From assembly GCA_964558675.1 (NCBI GenBank), contig CAZLEY010000007.1, forward strand, positions 88 through 64,087: a stretch of DNA of 64,000 nucleotides, read 5' to 3'. Made by a program: the position numbers and the translations under genes. The notes under the pieces were generated by a model. The model was not told the origin of the DNA. It saw only the letters and a list, made by a program, of their open reading frames with translations, and did not search any database. Within the stretch, counting starts at the first letter, position 1, and every line of letters begins with the position of its first letter. Positions 56,454 to 64,000 of this stretch are shown here, piece after piece. The stretch is from an uncultured Dehalococcoidaceae bacterium (GTDB lineage: Bacteria > Chloroflexota > Dehalococcoidia > Dehalococcoidales > RBG-16-60-22).

Positions 56454-57032
56454 ATGGAGCAAATTCGTTCATTTATAGCCATCGAGTTGCCTGAAGAGTT
56501 GAAGCGGGACTTAGTTAATATACAGATACAGCTGCAATCGGCAAGTAGAGTCCCGGTAAAGTGGGTTGACCCGAAGGGTATTCACCTGACGCTTAAATTT
56601 CTCGGAAACATCGATGTGAGTATAACGGGTAAGGTAACCGAAGCGATAGAAGAGGCTGTCCGGGGGGTACATCCTTTCCATCTGGGGGTAGGTGGTCTGG
56701 GTGTATTTCCCAGTATGAAACGAGTCCAGGTGGTCTGGGTGGGATTGAGTGGGGAGGTTGACCAACTCAGCCAGCTTCAGCAACGTATCGAGTCCAGTCT
56801 GGCTCCTCTTGGTTTCGCTCCTGAGCGAAGACCTTTTGCACCCCATCTGACGCTGGCTCGTATTCGTGATAGAGCCACACAGGACGAACGGCAGGACCTT
56901 GGTAAGCTCGTTGCCGGCACCACCTTCGAAACTGGCTGTCGTATTAAAGTAGACTCCGTTCACCTGATGAAAAGCCAGCTAACCAGGGAAGGCGCTATTT
57001 ACAGTAAAATTAGCTCCATTAAGCTGAAATAG
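56454..57032 (+). CDS. thpR: RNA 2',3'-cyclic phosphodiesterase (2H family)
   Basis: Two HxTx motifs: HLTLKF and HLTLAR. Confidence 0.85.
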   Translation: MEQIRSFIAIELPEELKRDLVNIQIQLQSASRVPVKWVDPKGIHLTLKFLGNIDVSITGKVTEAIEEAVRGVHPFHLGVGGLGVFPSMKRVQVVWVGLSGEVDQLSQLQQRIESSLAPLGFAPERRPFAPHLTLARIRDRATQDERQDLGKLVAGTTFETGCRIKVDSVHLMKSQLTREGAIYSKISSIKLK

Positions 57033-57242
57033 CCGTTCACTTATTCCGCTAATTTTAGTCGAATCTCCGGGGAGTTACACGTGCGTGAATTTCTCTATTT
57101 ACCTTTTTGAATGAATGTTAGCATTGGTATGAAATGTACAATTTTTATTAAATGTTTATTCTGTGGCGATTGATATTAATAACTTGTTTAGCACCTGGCT
57201 TCTATAATAGGCATTGAATGTCCCTGTAGTGGTGGGAGGAAT

Positions 57243-58289
57243 ATGCAAATGAGTGTTACCAAAGAGAGTATATTGCTGGTTGATGATGAGGAGGCAATCA
57301 GGTGTATCCTGAATAAAGGCCTGGCCATGCGTGGCTACAACTGTGATGAAGCTGAGGATGGCGAGCAGGCTTTAGAGAAACTGGAGGTTAATCCATCTGA
57401 CCTTGTTATTCTGGATATCAATATGCCTGGCAGGCTTGGCAGTGAGGTGCTACCGGATATCACAAAGCGTTTTCCGGAGACGGCCGTAATCATGGCCAGT
57501 GGTAATACCGATACCAAAGTTATCGCGCAGTGTATCAAGGATGGCGCGCAGGACTATATAAGCAAACCATTTAGTTTTGAACAGGTTTTGCAGAGTGTCA
57601 ATGGGACTCTGAATAAGAGGCGACTGGAGCTGGAGGTTCAGCGTTATTTTCAGGATATGCACAATAAGAAAAAGAATCAGCCGATGGAACCAAGGAAACT
57701 TTTCCTGGGCGCTATTGAGACTCTTGTTAATACTCTGGAGTCCGGTGACAGGTATACCAAAGGGCATTCTCATGAAGTGGCGGAGATTGCCATAGCCATT
57801 GGTCTACAGCTCGGGCTTCCTTCACCCGAAATGGAAGACCTGCGCTGGGCAGCTTTACTTCATGACGTTGGTAAAATCGCTGTAGACCCGGACATTCTCA
57901 ATAAACCGGGCGAACTGACATCCAGTGAGTACCGGCATATTATGACTCATGCTGTTATTGGCCCAAGACTGGTCAGGCCGTTTGTGAACAACGATGTCGT
58001 GGAAATCATATCACACCACCACGACTTCTATGATGGTAGCCGACTCAACCAGACCGTTATGGGCCCTAAAATACCTCAGGGAGCCAGGATTATAGCGGTG
58101 GCTGATGCCTTCCAGGCTATGACTTCGGACCGCCCGTACCGGCGCGCCCTGTCCGAGGCGGATGCCCTGGAAGAACTGGAATGGTGTAGCGGCTCTCAGT
58201 TTGACCCTGTTATAGCTAATATATTGATTAAACTTATCCAGGGGCAGCAAATTAAGCAGGGGTCGATTAATAGAATGGCCAGCCGGTGA
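57243..58289 (+). CDS. Response regulator with a receiver domain and an HD-GYP-like (HD-superfamily) output domain
   Basis: The receiver has DDEE...ILDINMPG. The output has HSHEV, LLHDVGK and HHHDFYDGS, but the GYP tripeptide is absent. Confidence 0.8.
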   Translation: MQMSVTKESILLVDDEEAIRCILNKGLAMRGYNCDEAEDGEQALEKLEVNPSDLVILDINMPGRLGSEVLPDITKRFPETAVIMASGNTDTKVIAQCIKDGAQDYISKPFSFEQVLQSVNGTLNKRRLELEVQRYFQDMHNKKKNQPMEPRKLFLGAIETLVNTLESGDRYTKGHSHEVAEIAIAIGLQLGLPSPEMEDLRWAALLHDVGKIAVDPDILNKPGELTSSEYRHIMTHAVIGPRLVRPFVNNDVVEIISHHHDFYDGSRLNQTVMGPKIPQGARIIAVADAFQAMTSDRPYRRALSEADALEELEWCSGSQFDPVIANILIKLIQGQQIKQGSINRMASR

Positions 58290-58452
58290 GTCAGCCTTGC
58301 AGGTACTAGCCTTGATTATAGCAGCATAAAATTTCCCGATAAGAGGGGGCGGACAACGAAATTTCTGTCCCCTCTAAGTTTATTCCTCTCCAGAGTCAGA
58401 CGTATTGTTGCTAGAAGAAGGTGTCACTGATAACATAAACCGGTCCAGCTAC

Positions 58453-58482
58453 TTGTCAACCGCCGCTGTTTTGATGTATACT
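58453..58482 (+). promoter_or_regulatory. Putative promoter for the Zn-ribbon gene and comF
   Basis: TTGTCA (58453-58458), an 18-nt spacer and TATACT (58477-58482). Confidence 0.4.
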
Positions 58483-58523
58483 TAAGCGGTTTATTCTATA
58501 TTCTTGGTTGGGAGGAGGACTCC

Positions 58524-58736
58524 ATGGAACAGTTAAATTTCCCCAAATGTCAGAAGTGCAATTCTGGAGATCTGGTGCCTTTGTCAGATTTTGGCAGCCA
58601 AGGGGCATCAATTCAGTATAAGGCATGGGTTTGCACCAATCCTGATTGCGGCTATAATCTAAAAATCAGGAATGGTGACGTCTATATCAACGAGCCTATT
58701 ATGAGTGGCGCATTACACAACTCCCGCTCCCGATAA
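58524..58736 (+). CDS. Small zinc-ribbon protein
   Basis: 70 aa. CQKC...CTNPDC four-Cys ribbon. GGGAGGAGG SD upstream. Confidence 0.45.
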   Translation: MEQLNFPKCQKCNSGDLVPLSDFGSQGASIQYKAWVCTNPDCGYNLKIRNGDVYINEPIMSGALHNSRSR

Positions 58737-58772
58737 GATATAGGTGTTCGCCTTTACTACGTTGAATTGCGG

Positions 58773-59483
58773 ATGGTGACTGTGCTTCCTCCATTGAACA
58801 GACTCAAGAGGATGGCACTCGACCTGCTTTTTCCACAGTGGTGTATCAGCTGTGGCAAGGAAGGTGATTATATTTGCAGTTCATGCCGCCAGCTATTACC
58901 GCTCATTACGCCCCCGGTTTGTCCCATGTGTGGTAGACCCCAGCCTGGTGGGACACTCTGTCCTGAATGCACCAGCTGGACCGCTGAGATAGACGGTATT
59001 CGTTCACCATTCGTATTTGATGGAGTCATACGTCAGGCTATCCACGAACTGAAATACCGGAACCTGAGAGCGCTGGCAATACCACTAGCCGAGTTATTAC
59101 ACAGCTACATCATTGAAAACCCGGTTCCCGGAGAAGTCCTGGTGCCGGTACCATTACACCATAAACGATGGCGGGAGCGTGGGTACAATCAGTCCGGCTT
59201 ACTGGCCAGGGAGCTGGGCAAGCTGGGAGGTCTACCGGTGGTAGATGATTGTCTCGTTCGAAAGCAGCACACTCTGCCTCAGGCAAGGTCGGCCAGCGTC
59301 GGTGAGCGACAGAAAAATGTTGCCGGTGCCTTTGCCTGCCGCGATGGGAGATTGCATGGTAAAAAAGTGCTGTTAATAGATGACGTCACCACGTCTCGGT
59401 CAACGCTTAATGCCTGTGCTACGGCGCTGAAATCTGCCGGTGCCTCCTCGGTGTGGGGACTGGTCCTGGCCCTGGAGTTATAA
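58773..59483 (+). CDS. comF: ComF family protein (phosphoribosyltransferase domain with an N-terminal Zn finger)
   Basis: CISCG...CSSC...CPMCG...CPEC, then the PRT motif VLLIDDVTTSRSTL. Confidence 0.8.
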   Translation: MVTVLPPLNRLKRMALDLLFPQWCISCGKEGDYICSSCRQLLPLITPPVCPMCGRPQPGGTLCPECTSWTAEIDGIRSPFVFDGVIRQAIHELKYRNLRALAIPLAELLHSYIIENPVPGEVLVPVPLHHKRWRERGYNQSGLLARELGKLGGLPVVDDCLVRKQHTLPQARSASVGERQKNVAGAFACRDGRLHGKKVLLIDDVTTSRSTLNACATALKSAGASSVWGLVLALEL

Positions 59484-59534
59484 AGAGATACCGGAAGGGA
59501 TTGTATATATCACTAATGTCAGGAGCGTGTAACA

Positions 59535-60086
59535 ATGGAGCTACAGATAGCCGGAACTAATATGGAGCTAACGCCGGCGGTACGGCGCTATATTGAACGT
59601 AAACTCGGCAAGCTAAACAAGCATTTACCCGGAATTATTGAATCCAGAGTAGAAATATCCGAGGAAAAGACGAAGTCACCCCAGCAGCATTACCTGGTCA
59701 GGGTGACCGTAAACAGTGGCGCTGGGGGTGCTGTCTTTCATGGTGAGGAGAGAGGTGAGGACCTGTTTAAGGCTATTGACAGGGTGGCTGCCGTTATGAC
59801 CCGCCAGCTTGAGCGTCATAAGGGGAAGCTCTATGAGAAGGGTAGAGGTAATTCGCTGGCAAGGGGCAGTTTTGACGGGGTGGCCATGAGTACAGAACCT
59901 TCTGGAAAGGTTGTCAAGACCAAGCGTTTTGTCCTGGAGTCCATGTCACCTGCTGAAGCCATAGAACAGATGGAATTACTCGGGCACAGTTTTTTCCTGT
60001 TCCTCGACGCTGATGCCGGTGAAATCAAGCTGTTATACCAGCGCCGTGATGGCAACTACGGTCTGATTGAACCTGAAATCGGGTGA
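59535..60086 (+). CDS. hpf: Ribosome hibernation-promoting factor, long form
   Basis: 183 aa. S30AE/RaiA N-domain plus the C-terminal dimerisation domain (PMSPAEAIEQMELLGHSFFLF). Confidence 0.9.
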   Translation: MELQIAGTNMELTPAVRRYIERKLGKLNKHLPGIIESRVEISEEKTKSPQQHYLVRVTVNSGAGGAVFHGEERGEDLFKAIDRVAAVMTRQLERHKGKLYEKGRGNSLARGSFDGVAMSTEPSGKVVKTKRFVLESMSPAEAIEQMELLGHSFFLFLDADAGEIKLLYQRRDGNYGLIEPEIG

Positions 60087-60095
60087 AGAGACAGG

Positions 60096-60123
60096 TTGAC
60101 AGTTTGATGTTTTCTGATATACA
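60096..60123 (+). promoter_or_regulatory. Putative promoter for the small membrane-protein cluster
   Basis: TTGACA (60096-60101), a 16-nt spacer and TATACA (60118-60123). Confidence 0.45.
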
Positions 60124-60167
60124 TTAATCATGCTTGCTAATGTCAATTTGCCGGGAATAGAGACTAT

Positions 60168-60692
60168 ATGGCGGTTAAACATAACAATCTATTTCTATAT
60201 CTGACTCTTGCCTGCTTTCTGGGTATTATCCTTATTTTCATATTTGACGGCTACATGGGGCTCTATGATAGCCTTAAAATGGATACCGGGCAGTACCGGC
60301 AAACAATAGACGCAGACCAGTGGTCACAGCAGGAAAAATACGGTTACCTTTCATCGGTAAGTGTCGAGCGGGGTGGCAGTATAGACTTTACCTATAAGGT
60401 AGAGAACCACCGCTTCTCCCAGTACTCCGATGCCGTAGAAGTATCTTTGTGGCATCACAATGAAAAGATAACGGATATAATAACAGAATCGCTTTCAGTA
60501 AAATCATTTGATGAAAGGGAACTAAAGTGGTCTCTGGACACGGCCGAACTTGTACCCGATGATATTCCCCCTGAACAGGGTTATAATTTGAATATCGTCA
60601 TTGAGAGGGGAGAAATAGAACGGGAAATAATGGTTGATATATACTCGTCTCCTTATCCAATAAAATCGGTGATAATAGAGCCGCGGGATTAA
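60168..60692 (+). CDS. Hypothetical single-pass membrane protein
   Basis: 174 aa with an N-terminal TM segment. AT-rich. No recognised family. Confidence 0.4.
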   Translation: MAVKHNNLFLYLTLACFLGIILIFIFDGYMGLYDSLKMDTGQYRQTIDADQWSQQEKYGYLSSVSVERGGSIDFTYKVENHRFSQYSDAVEVSLWHHNEKITDIITESLSVKSFDERELKWSLDTAELVPDDIPPEQGYNLNIVIERGEIEREIMVDIYSSPYPIKSVIIEPRD

Positions 60693-60712
60693 TCACTAGA
60701 GGTTTAATATAT

Positions 60713-60889
60713 ATGAAGTTAGAATATGTGTTATATGGCTTCGGCATCCTGTTCTGTATCGCCGGGATTGGCTATCTGGCGGCAGAGTACATAAAATATC
60801 TTTCGGATGTCGGCAAGATAGTCTCCCTGTTGCTGACAGTTGGTCTCTTTGCATGTCTGGGCAAATATTTCGAAGGATTAGGTTGGTAG
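60713..60889 (+). CDS. Possible small two-TM membrane protein (58 aa, below the ORF-track cutoff)
   Basis: ATG 60713 to TAG 60887-60889, translated by hand: MKLEYVLYGFGILFCIAGIGYLAAEYIKYLSDVGKIVSLLLTVGLFACLGKYFEGLGW. Confidence 0.3.
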   Translation: MKLEYVLYGFGILFCIAGIGYLAAEYIKYLSDVGKIVSLLLTVGLFACLGKYFEGLGW

Positions 60890-60893
60890 CTGA

Positions 60894-61148
60894 ATGGTAG
60901 TCGTTGTTGCGGTACTGGCTTTACTGGCTTTTATCGTCTGGATTATCTACAGGGCTGTAAGGGGACGGTCGATTAAAGCTCACATGGTCAGCTATAGCGT
61001 AGCCTGTGTGGCGGGTGTATTCACCTATGCCTACTTCCTGAGTCTTGATATACCACAGCTGATAAAAATCGTTGTGAGCATATTACTCGGTATAATCCTG
61101 ATAGTTGTCGCTGCTTTGCTTCAACGCCGCATGGCGAGCCGGTCTTAG
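60894..61148 (+). CDS. Small hypothetical two-TM membrane protein
   Basis: 84 aa. Starts 4 nt after the previous ORF's stop. Confidence 0.35.
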   Translation: MVVVVAVLALLAFIVWIIYRAVRGRSIKAHMVSYSVACVAGVFTYAYFLSLDIPQLIKIVVSILLGIILIVVAALLQRRMASRS

Positions 61149-61168
61149 GTAAACTTACTTGTCTGGAT

Positions 61169-61678
61169 GTGACTCAGGAGTTGTTCTATTGTATCTTCAG
61201 TACAGCTGCCGGCTGGGTGGGCGTATTGGCCTCCGAAACGGGACTGTTGCGTGTCACTTTCCCTAGGGACTCAGCTTCGGAGGCGGAAGAGCAACTTGGC
61301 GGCAGCATCAATCAGGCTGACAATTCGTCTCAATTATTTGAAGACCTGATAAAACGTTTGGGCGCTTACTACGACGGTCACCAGGTTGATTTTCCCGATA
61401 AGCTTGACCTGTCCGCGGCAACCGCTTTCCAGCGTGAAGTGTGGGCGGCAAGCAGGCTTATCCCTTATGGGGAGACGAGAAGCTATACCTGGGTAGCCGA
61501 GCAGATTGGCAAACCGAAAGCGGTTCGCGCCGTGGGACAGGCGCTCGGCAGGAATCCGTTGCCTGTTATCGTTCCCTGTCATCGCGTCCTGGCCATTGAT
61601 GGAGCCATTGGCGGCTTTAGCGGGGGACTGGAGATGAAGAGGTTTCTCCTGCGTCTGGAAAGGTCATCTGCGGCTTAA
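61169..61678 (+). CDS. ogt: Methylated-DNA--protein-cysteine methyltransferase
   Basis: PCHRV active-site motif. GTG start. Confidence 0.85.
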   Translation: MTQELFYCIFSTAAGWVGVLASETGLLRVTFPRDSASEAEEQLGGSINQADNSSQLFEDLIKRLGAYYDGHQVDFPDKLDLSAATAFQREVWAASRLIPYGETRSYTWVAEQIGKPKAVRAVGQALGRNPLPVIVPCHRVLAIDGAIGGFSGGLEMKRFLLRLERSSAA

Positions 61679-61696
61679 CTGAGTATATGGTCCTGT

Positions 61697-62479
61697 TTAG
61701 CGGTGCTTGTCAGCCGGTAGTTTGGTTTTATAAAGCCTTCGCTTTGCCTCGGCGGTACCCCTGAACATCAGATTGATGAAGTCCGTCTCATATTCCTCAA
61801 TCAGTCCCTGGCCGGCAAAGCTGAAATACCTGTTGTCCCCGATAATAATGTGGTCCAGAATCCTGAGTCTCATAATCCTGCCGGCATAGACCAGCTCTCG
61901 AGTCAGCGCTTTATCGCTCACGCTTGGCTCAGGGTTACCGGAGGGATGGTTATGTACAAAAATCAGGGAGGCAGCATTGTGCTTGATAGTCCCCTCGACA
62001 ATCTCGCGGGGGGAGACTGTACTGCCGTTTACCGTACCTGCGGATAAGTCAGCGGTATCAATAATCTGGTTCTGGCTGTTGAGGTAGATTACCTTGAAGA
62101 CCTCTTTTTTAAGGCCGCGCATTGAGTGGTAAAGATAATCAAAGACTTCCTGGGATGATTTATAAAACGGCTTGTCCAGTATTTTCGCCTTGAGATACTC
62201 CCTGGCTATTTCCTGTACCAGCTTGATGCCAAAAGTGCTGTGAGCACCAATGCCTTCTATCTGCTGAAGCTCCTCAGGCGGGGCTTCCAGGACTCCTCGC
62301 AGGGTCTGGAATCTCTTTATCGCTTCTTTAGCCGGCACCTTGCAGTCCTTACGCGGGGTGCCCAGGCTCAGCAGTAGTTCCACGACTTCGTAGTCGTGAA
62401 AGCCGGCCAGTCCTGATTTCAGGAACTTATCGCGTAGTCGCTTTCTGTGTCCCAGATGTGTGTCGCCCGAAGTCATCAC
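61697..62479 (-). CDS. radC: RadC-family JAB-domain protein (UPF0758)
   Basis: N-terminal HhH-like GHRKRLRDKF and the JAMM motif HNHPSG. Confidence 0.85.
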   Translation of the reverse strand: MMTSGDTHLGHRKRLRDKFLKSGLAGFHDYEVVELLLSLGTPRKDCKVPAKEAIKRFQTLRGVLEAPPEELQQIEGIGAHSTFGIKLVQEIAREYLKAKILDKPFYKSSQEVFDYLYHSMRGLKKEVFKVIYLNSQNQIIDTADLSAGTVNGSTVSPREIVEGTIKHNAASLIFVHNHPSGNPEPSVSDKALTRELVYAGRIMRLRILDHIIIGDNRYFSFAGQGLIEEYETDFINLMFRGTAEAKRRLYKTKLPADKHR

Positions 62480-62492
62480 AGTTTTTTCCTTA

Positions 62493-63023
62493 TTAAATCT
62501 TGGAGAAATTATATACCTTTTCGCCTTTTCTTAACAGCGTGAACAGGCCTTTGCCCGTAATTCTGATTATTATCTCCTTTTCTTCTTCCATGTGGTGGTC
62601 ATTGAATGATAGAATGCCATCAGGCTTCAACACCCTGTGCAGTTCAGCCAGTACTTTATCTGGTTCGCTTAAACCGTGAAAAGTGTCGTAGAGTAGAACA
62701 ACATCCAGGCACATATCTGGCAACCCGGTGGCGCAATCGGAAAGGATAGTCTCTATATTACTCAAGCTTCGCTTGTTGGCGGCGCTCTGAACCTGCTTAA
62801 CAGCTAAGGGGTGGACATCCAGGGCGTAGACCTTACCCGAGTTCCCGACTAATTGAGCTGACGGAATCGTATAACTGCCGGATCCGCAGCCGTAGTCAAG
62901 TATGTGGAAGCCAGGCTTTATGCCTACTTCTTTTAATGTGTCTTCCCGGGGCGAAAGTAAGTCCCGAAACTTGAAGCCGAAAGACATGAATTTAAAAGAA
63001 ATGTCGCTCATTGGCTTTTCCAT
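62493..63023 (-). CDS. Class I SAM-dependent methyltransferase
   Basis: ILDYGCGSGS motif I. 176 aa. Confidence 0.75.
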   Translation of the reverse strand: MEKPMSDISFKFMSFGFKFRDLLSPREDTLKEVGIKPGFHILDYGCGSGSYTIPSAQLVGNSGKVYALDVHPLAVKQVQSAANKRSLSNIETILSDCATGLPDMCLDVVLLYDTFHGLSEPDKVLAELHRVLKPDGILSFNDHHMEEEKEIIIRITGKGLFTLLRKGEKVYNFSKI

Positions 63024-63045
63024 TGTTACTAACCCCCTGTCTGTA

Positions 63046-64000
63046 TTACTGGAGAGTCTCCACCTGAAACCCGTCCTCCCCCACCAGTTCCCCCAGCCGC
63101 TGCTTTAGCTCCGGGCAGTAATCGGTATGAATGTTGGATAGCCGGAGGCTGGTAGCTTCGCCACCATTGGCTATATTCAACTGTACCTCATCTAGTCCCG
63201 GGTATTCCTTCAGGACGGCTATAATCCTGTTAAGGCGTGTGATATCCCCGTCCTCATCACTGGTCTGATTGATGTTTATTACCAGCCGGTGTTTTTCCAC
63301 GGGTGCGGGGCTGGCGGCAGCAACCTTAATCGGAGCCTCCGGTAGAATCTGTTCAGCTACGGGAGCGACTTCCTCGTCCTGCGGGAGTTGATAATAATCA
63401 ACTTTATCGCAGCTTATCTGCACCTGGTCATCCCTCACCCTGACCTTGCCCTGCACAACCAGTTCATTGCCTTCCTGCCAAAGTTCATCGGTTTCGGCAT
63501 AGACCTTCGGCCAGACCATCACATCGACCTGCCCGCTGAAATCCTCCAGGATGGCGTTGGCGAAGGAACGGCCGTCTTTGGTCAGGAGGTAGCGAGCCGA
63601 TACCACACGGCCGGCGGTGATAATGGTTTGTTTATCCAATTCGGCATCGATGCTACCACAGAAGATGGCGCTGGCATACCTGCCGCTCAACACGGGGCTG
63701 AACGGCTTTTCGGAGAAACCCACGCCCATCAGTTCTTTTTCCCAGGATGCTTTCTCGCGGTCAGAAATATCGGCGGGGGTCAGGTCAAGCTCGGGCATGG
63801 GTACCGGTGCTGTCTTTCCCCAGAGGTCGAACATGGTAGACTGTCCCGTTTCACGAAGACGCTGTTCCCTTTGTGCCAGTGACAGGATGCGGCTGACACT
63901 GTTGAGCAGCGTGCCACGGTTTTCCAGGGAGTCCATGGCTCCCGCTTTTATCAGGCTCTCCATTACTCGCCTGTTTACGGAGCGCAGGTCGCAGCGGCGG
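63046..64000 (-). CDS. dnaE: DNA polymerase III alpha subunit, C-terminal part (partial; continues beyond the window)
   Basis: The frame stays open to 64000 (..DLRSVNRRVMESLIKAGAMD). An OB-fold-like C-terminal region is present. Confidence 0.9.
   Translation of the reverse strand, partial: RRCDLRSVNRRVMESLIKAGAMDSLENRGTLLNSVSRILSLAQREQRLRETGQSTMFDLWGKTAPVPMPELDLTPADISDREKASWEKELMGVGFSEKPFSPVLSGRYASAIFCGSIDAELDKQTIITAGRVVSARYLLTKDGRSFANAILEDFSGQVDVMVWPKVYAETDELWQEGNELVVQGKVRVRDDQVQISCDKVDYYQLPQDEEVAPVAEQILPEAPIKVAAASPAPVEKHRLVININQTSDEDGDITRLNRIIAVLKEYPGLDEVQLNIANGGEATSLRLSNIHTDYCPELKQRLGELVGEDGFQVETLQ

Overview
This 64-kb window looks like a core chromosomal segment of a moderately GC-rich bacterium. 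The split transketolase, the long Bacillus-type SRP RNA and the rpmB / DAK2 / DegV / recG neighbourhood suggest a monoderm-type lineage, possibly Chloroflexota or Dehalococcoidia-like, but this was not verified. No database or folding tool was used. All calls rest on the ORF track, motifs read by eye and remembered family signatures. Most of the window is housekeeping: mutS, argJ-argB-argD-(unknown)-argG-argH, an ABC-2 exporter, rpmB, a fatty-acid-kinase cluster (FakA/YloV plus three tandem DegV paralogues), recG, a lipid kinase, an acyl-CoA ligase, a molybdopterin oxidoreductase, rsfS, ndk, thiL, SRP RNA, rsmA, ispE, rubrerythrin, a CCA-type nucleotidyltransferase, dCMP deaminase, split transketolase, L25, thpR, an HD-GYP-like response regulator, comF, hpf, ogt, radC and the 3' end of dnaE. 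No transposase, integrase, tRNA, rRNA or CRISPR array was seen. Four things stand out. (1) Three visibly AT-rich single-gene islets lie in the first 14 kb, carrying P63C, HEPN (RNSLAH) and NYN domains. The P63C and NYN genes have near-consensus sigma-70 promoters, and all three islets abut repeat clusters. (2) A modular family of GC-rich hairpin repeats fills at least nine intergenic gaps. (3) A 4 x 12-bp tandem array of TTGACA boxes sits in front of the NYN gene. (4) Several uncharacterised proteins are present: a CxCCxCCC cysteine-rich protein paired with a PK_C-like protein, an 8-repeat secreted protein, and a GxSxG membrane protein embedded in the arg operon. The conserved N-terminus of rsfS has no canonical start codon.
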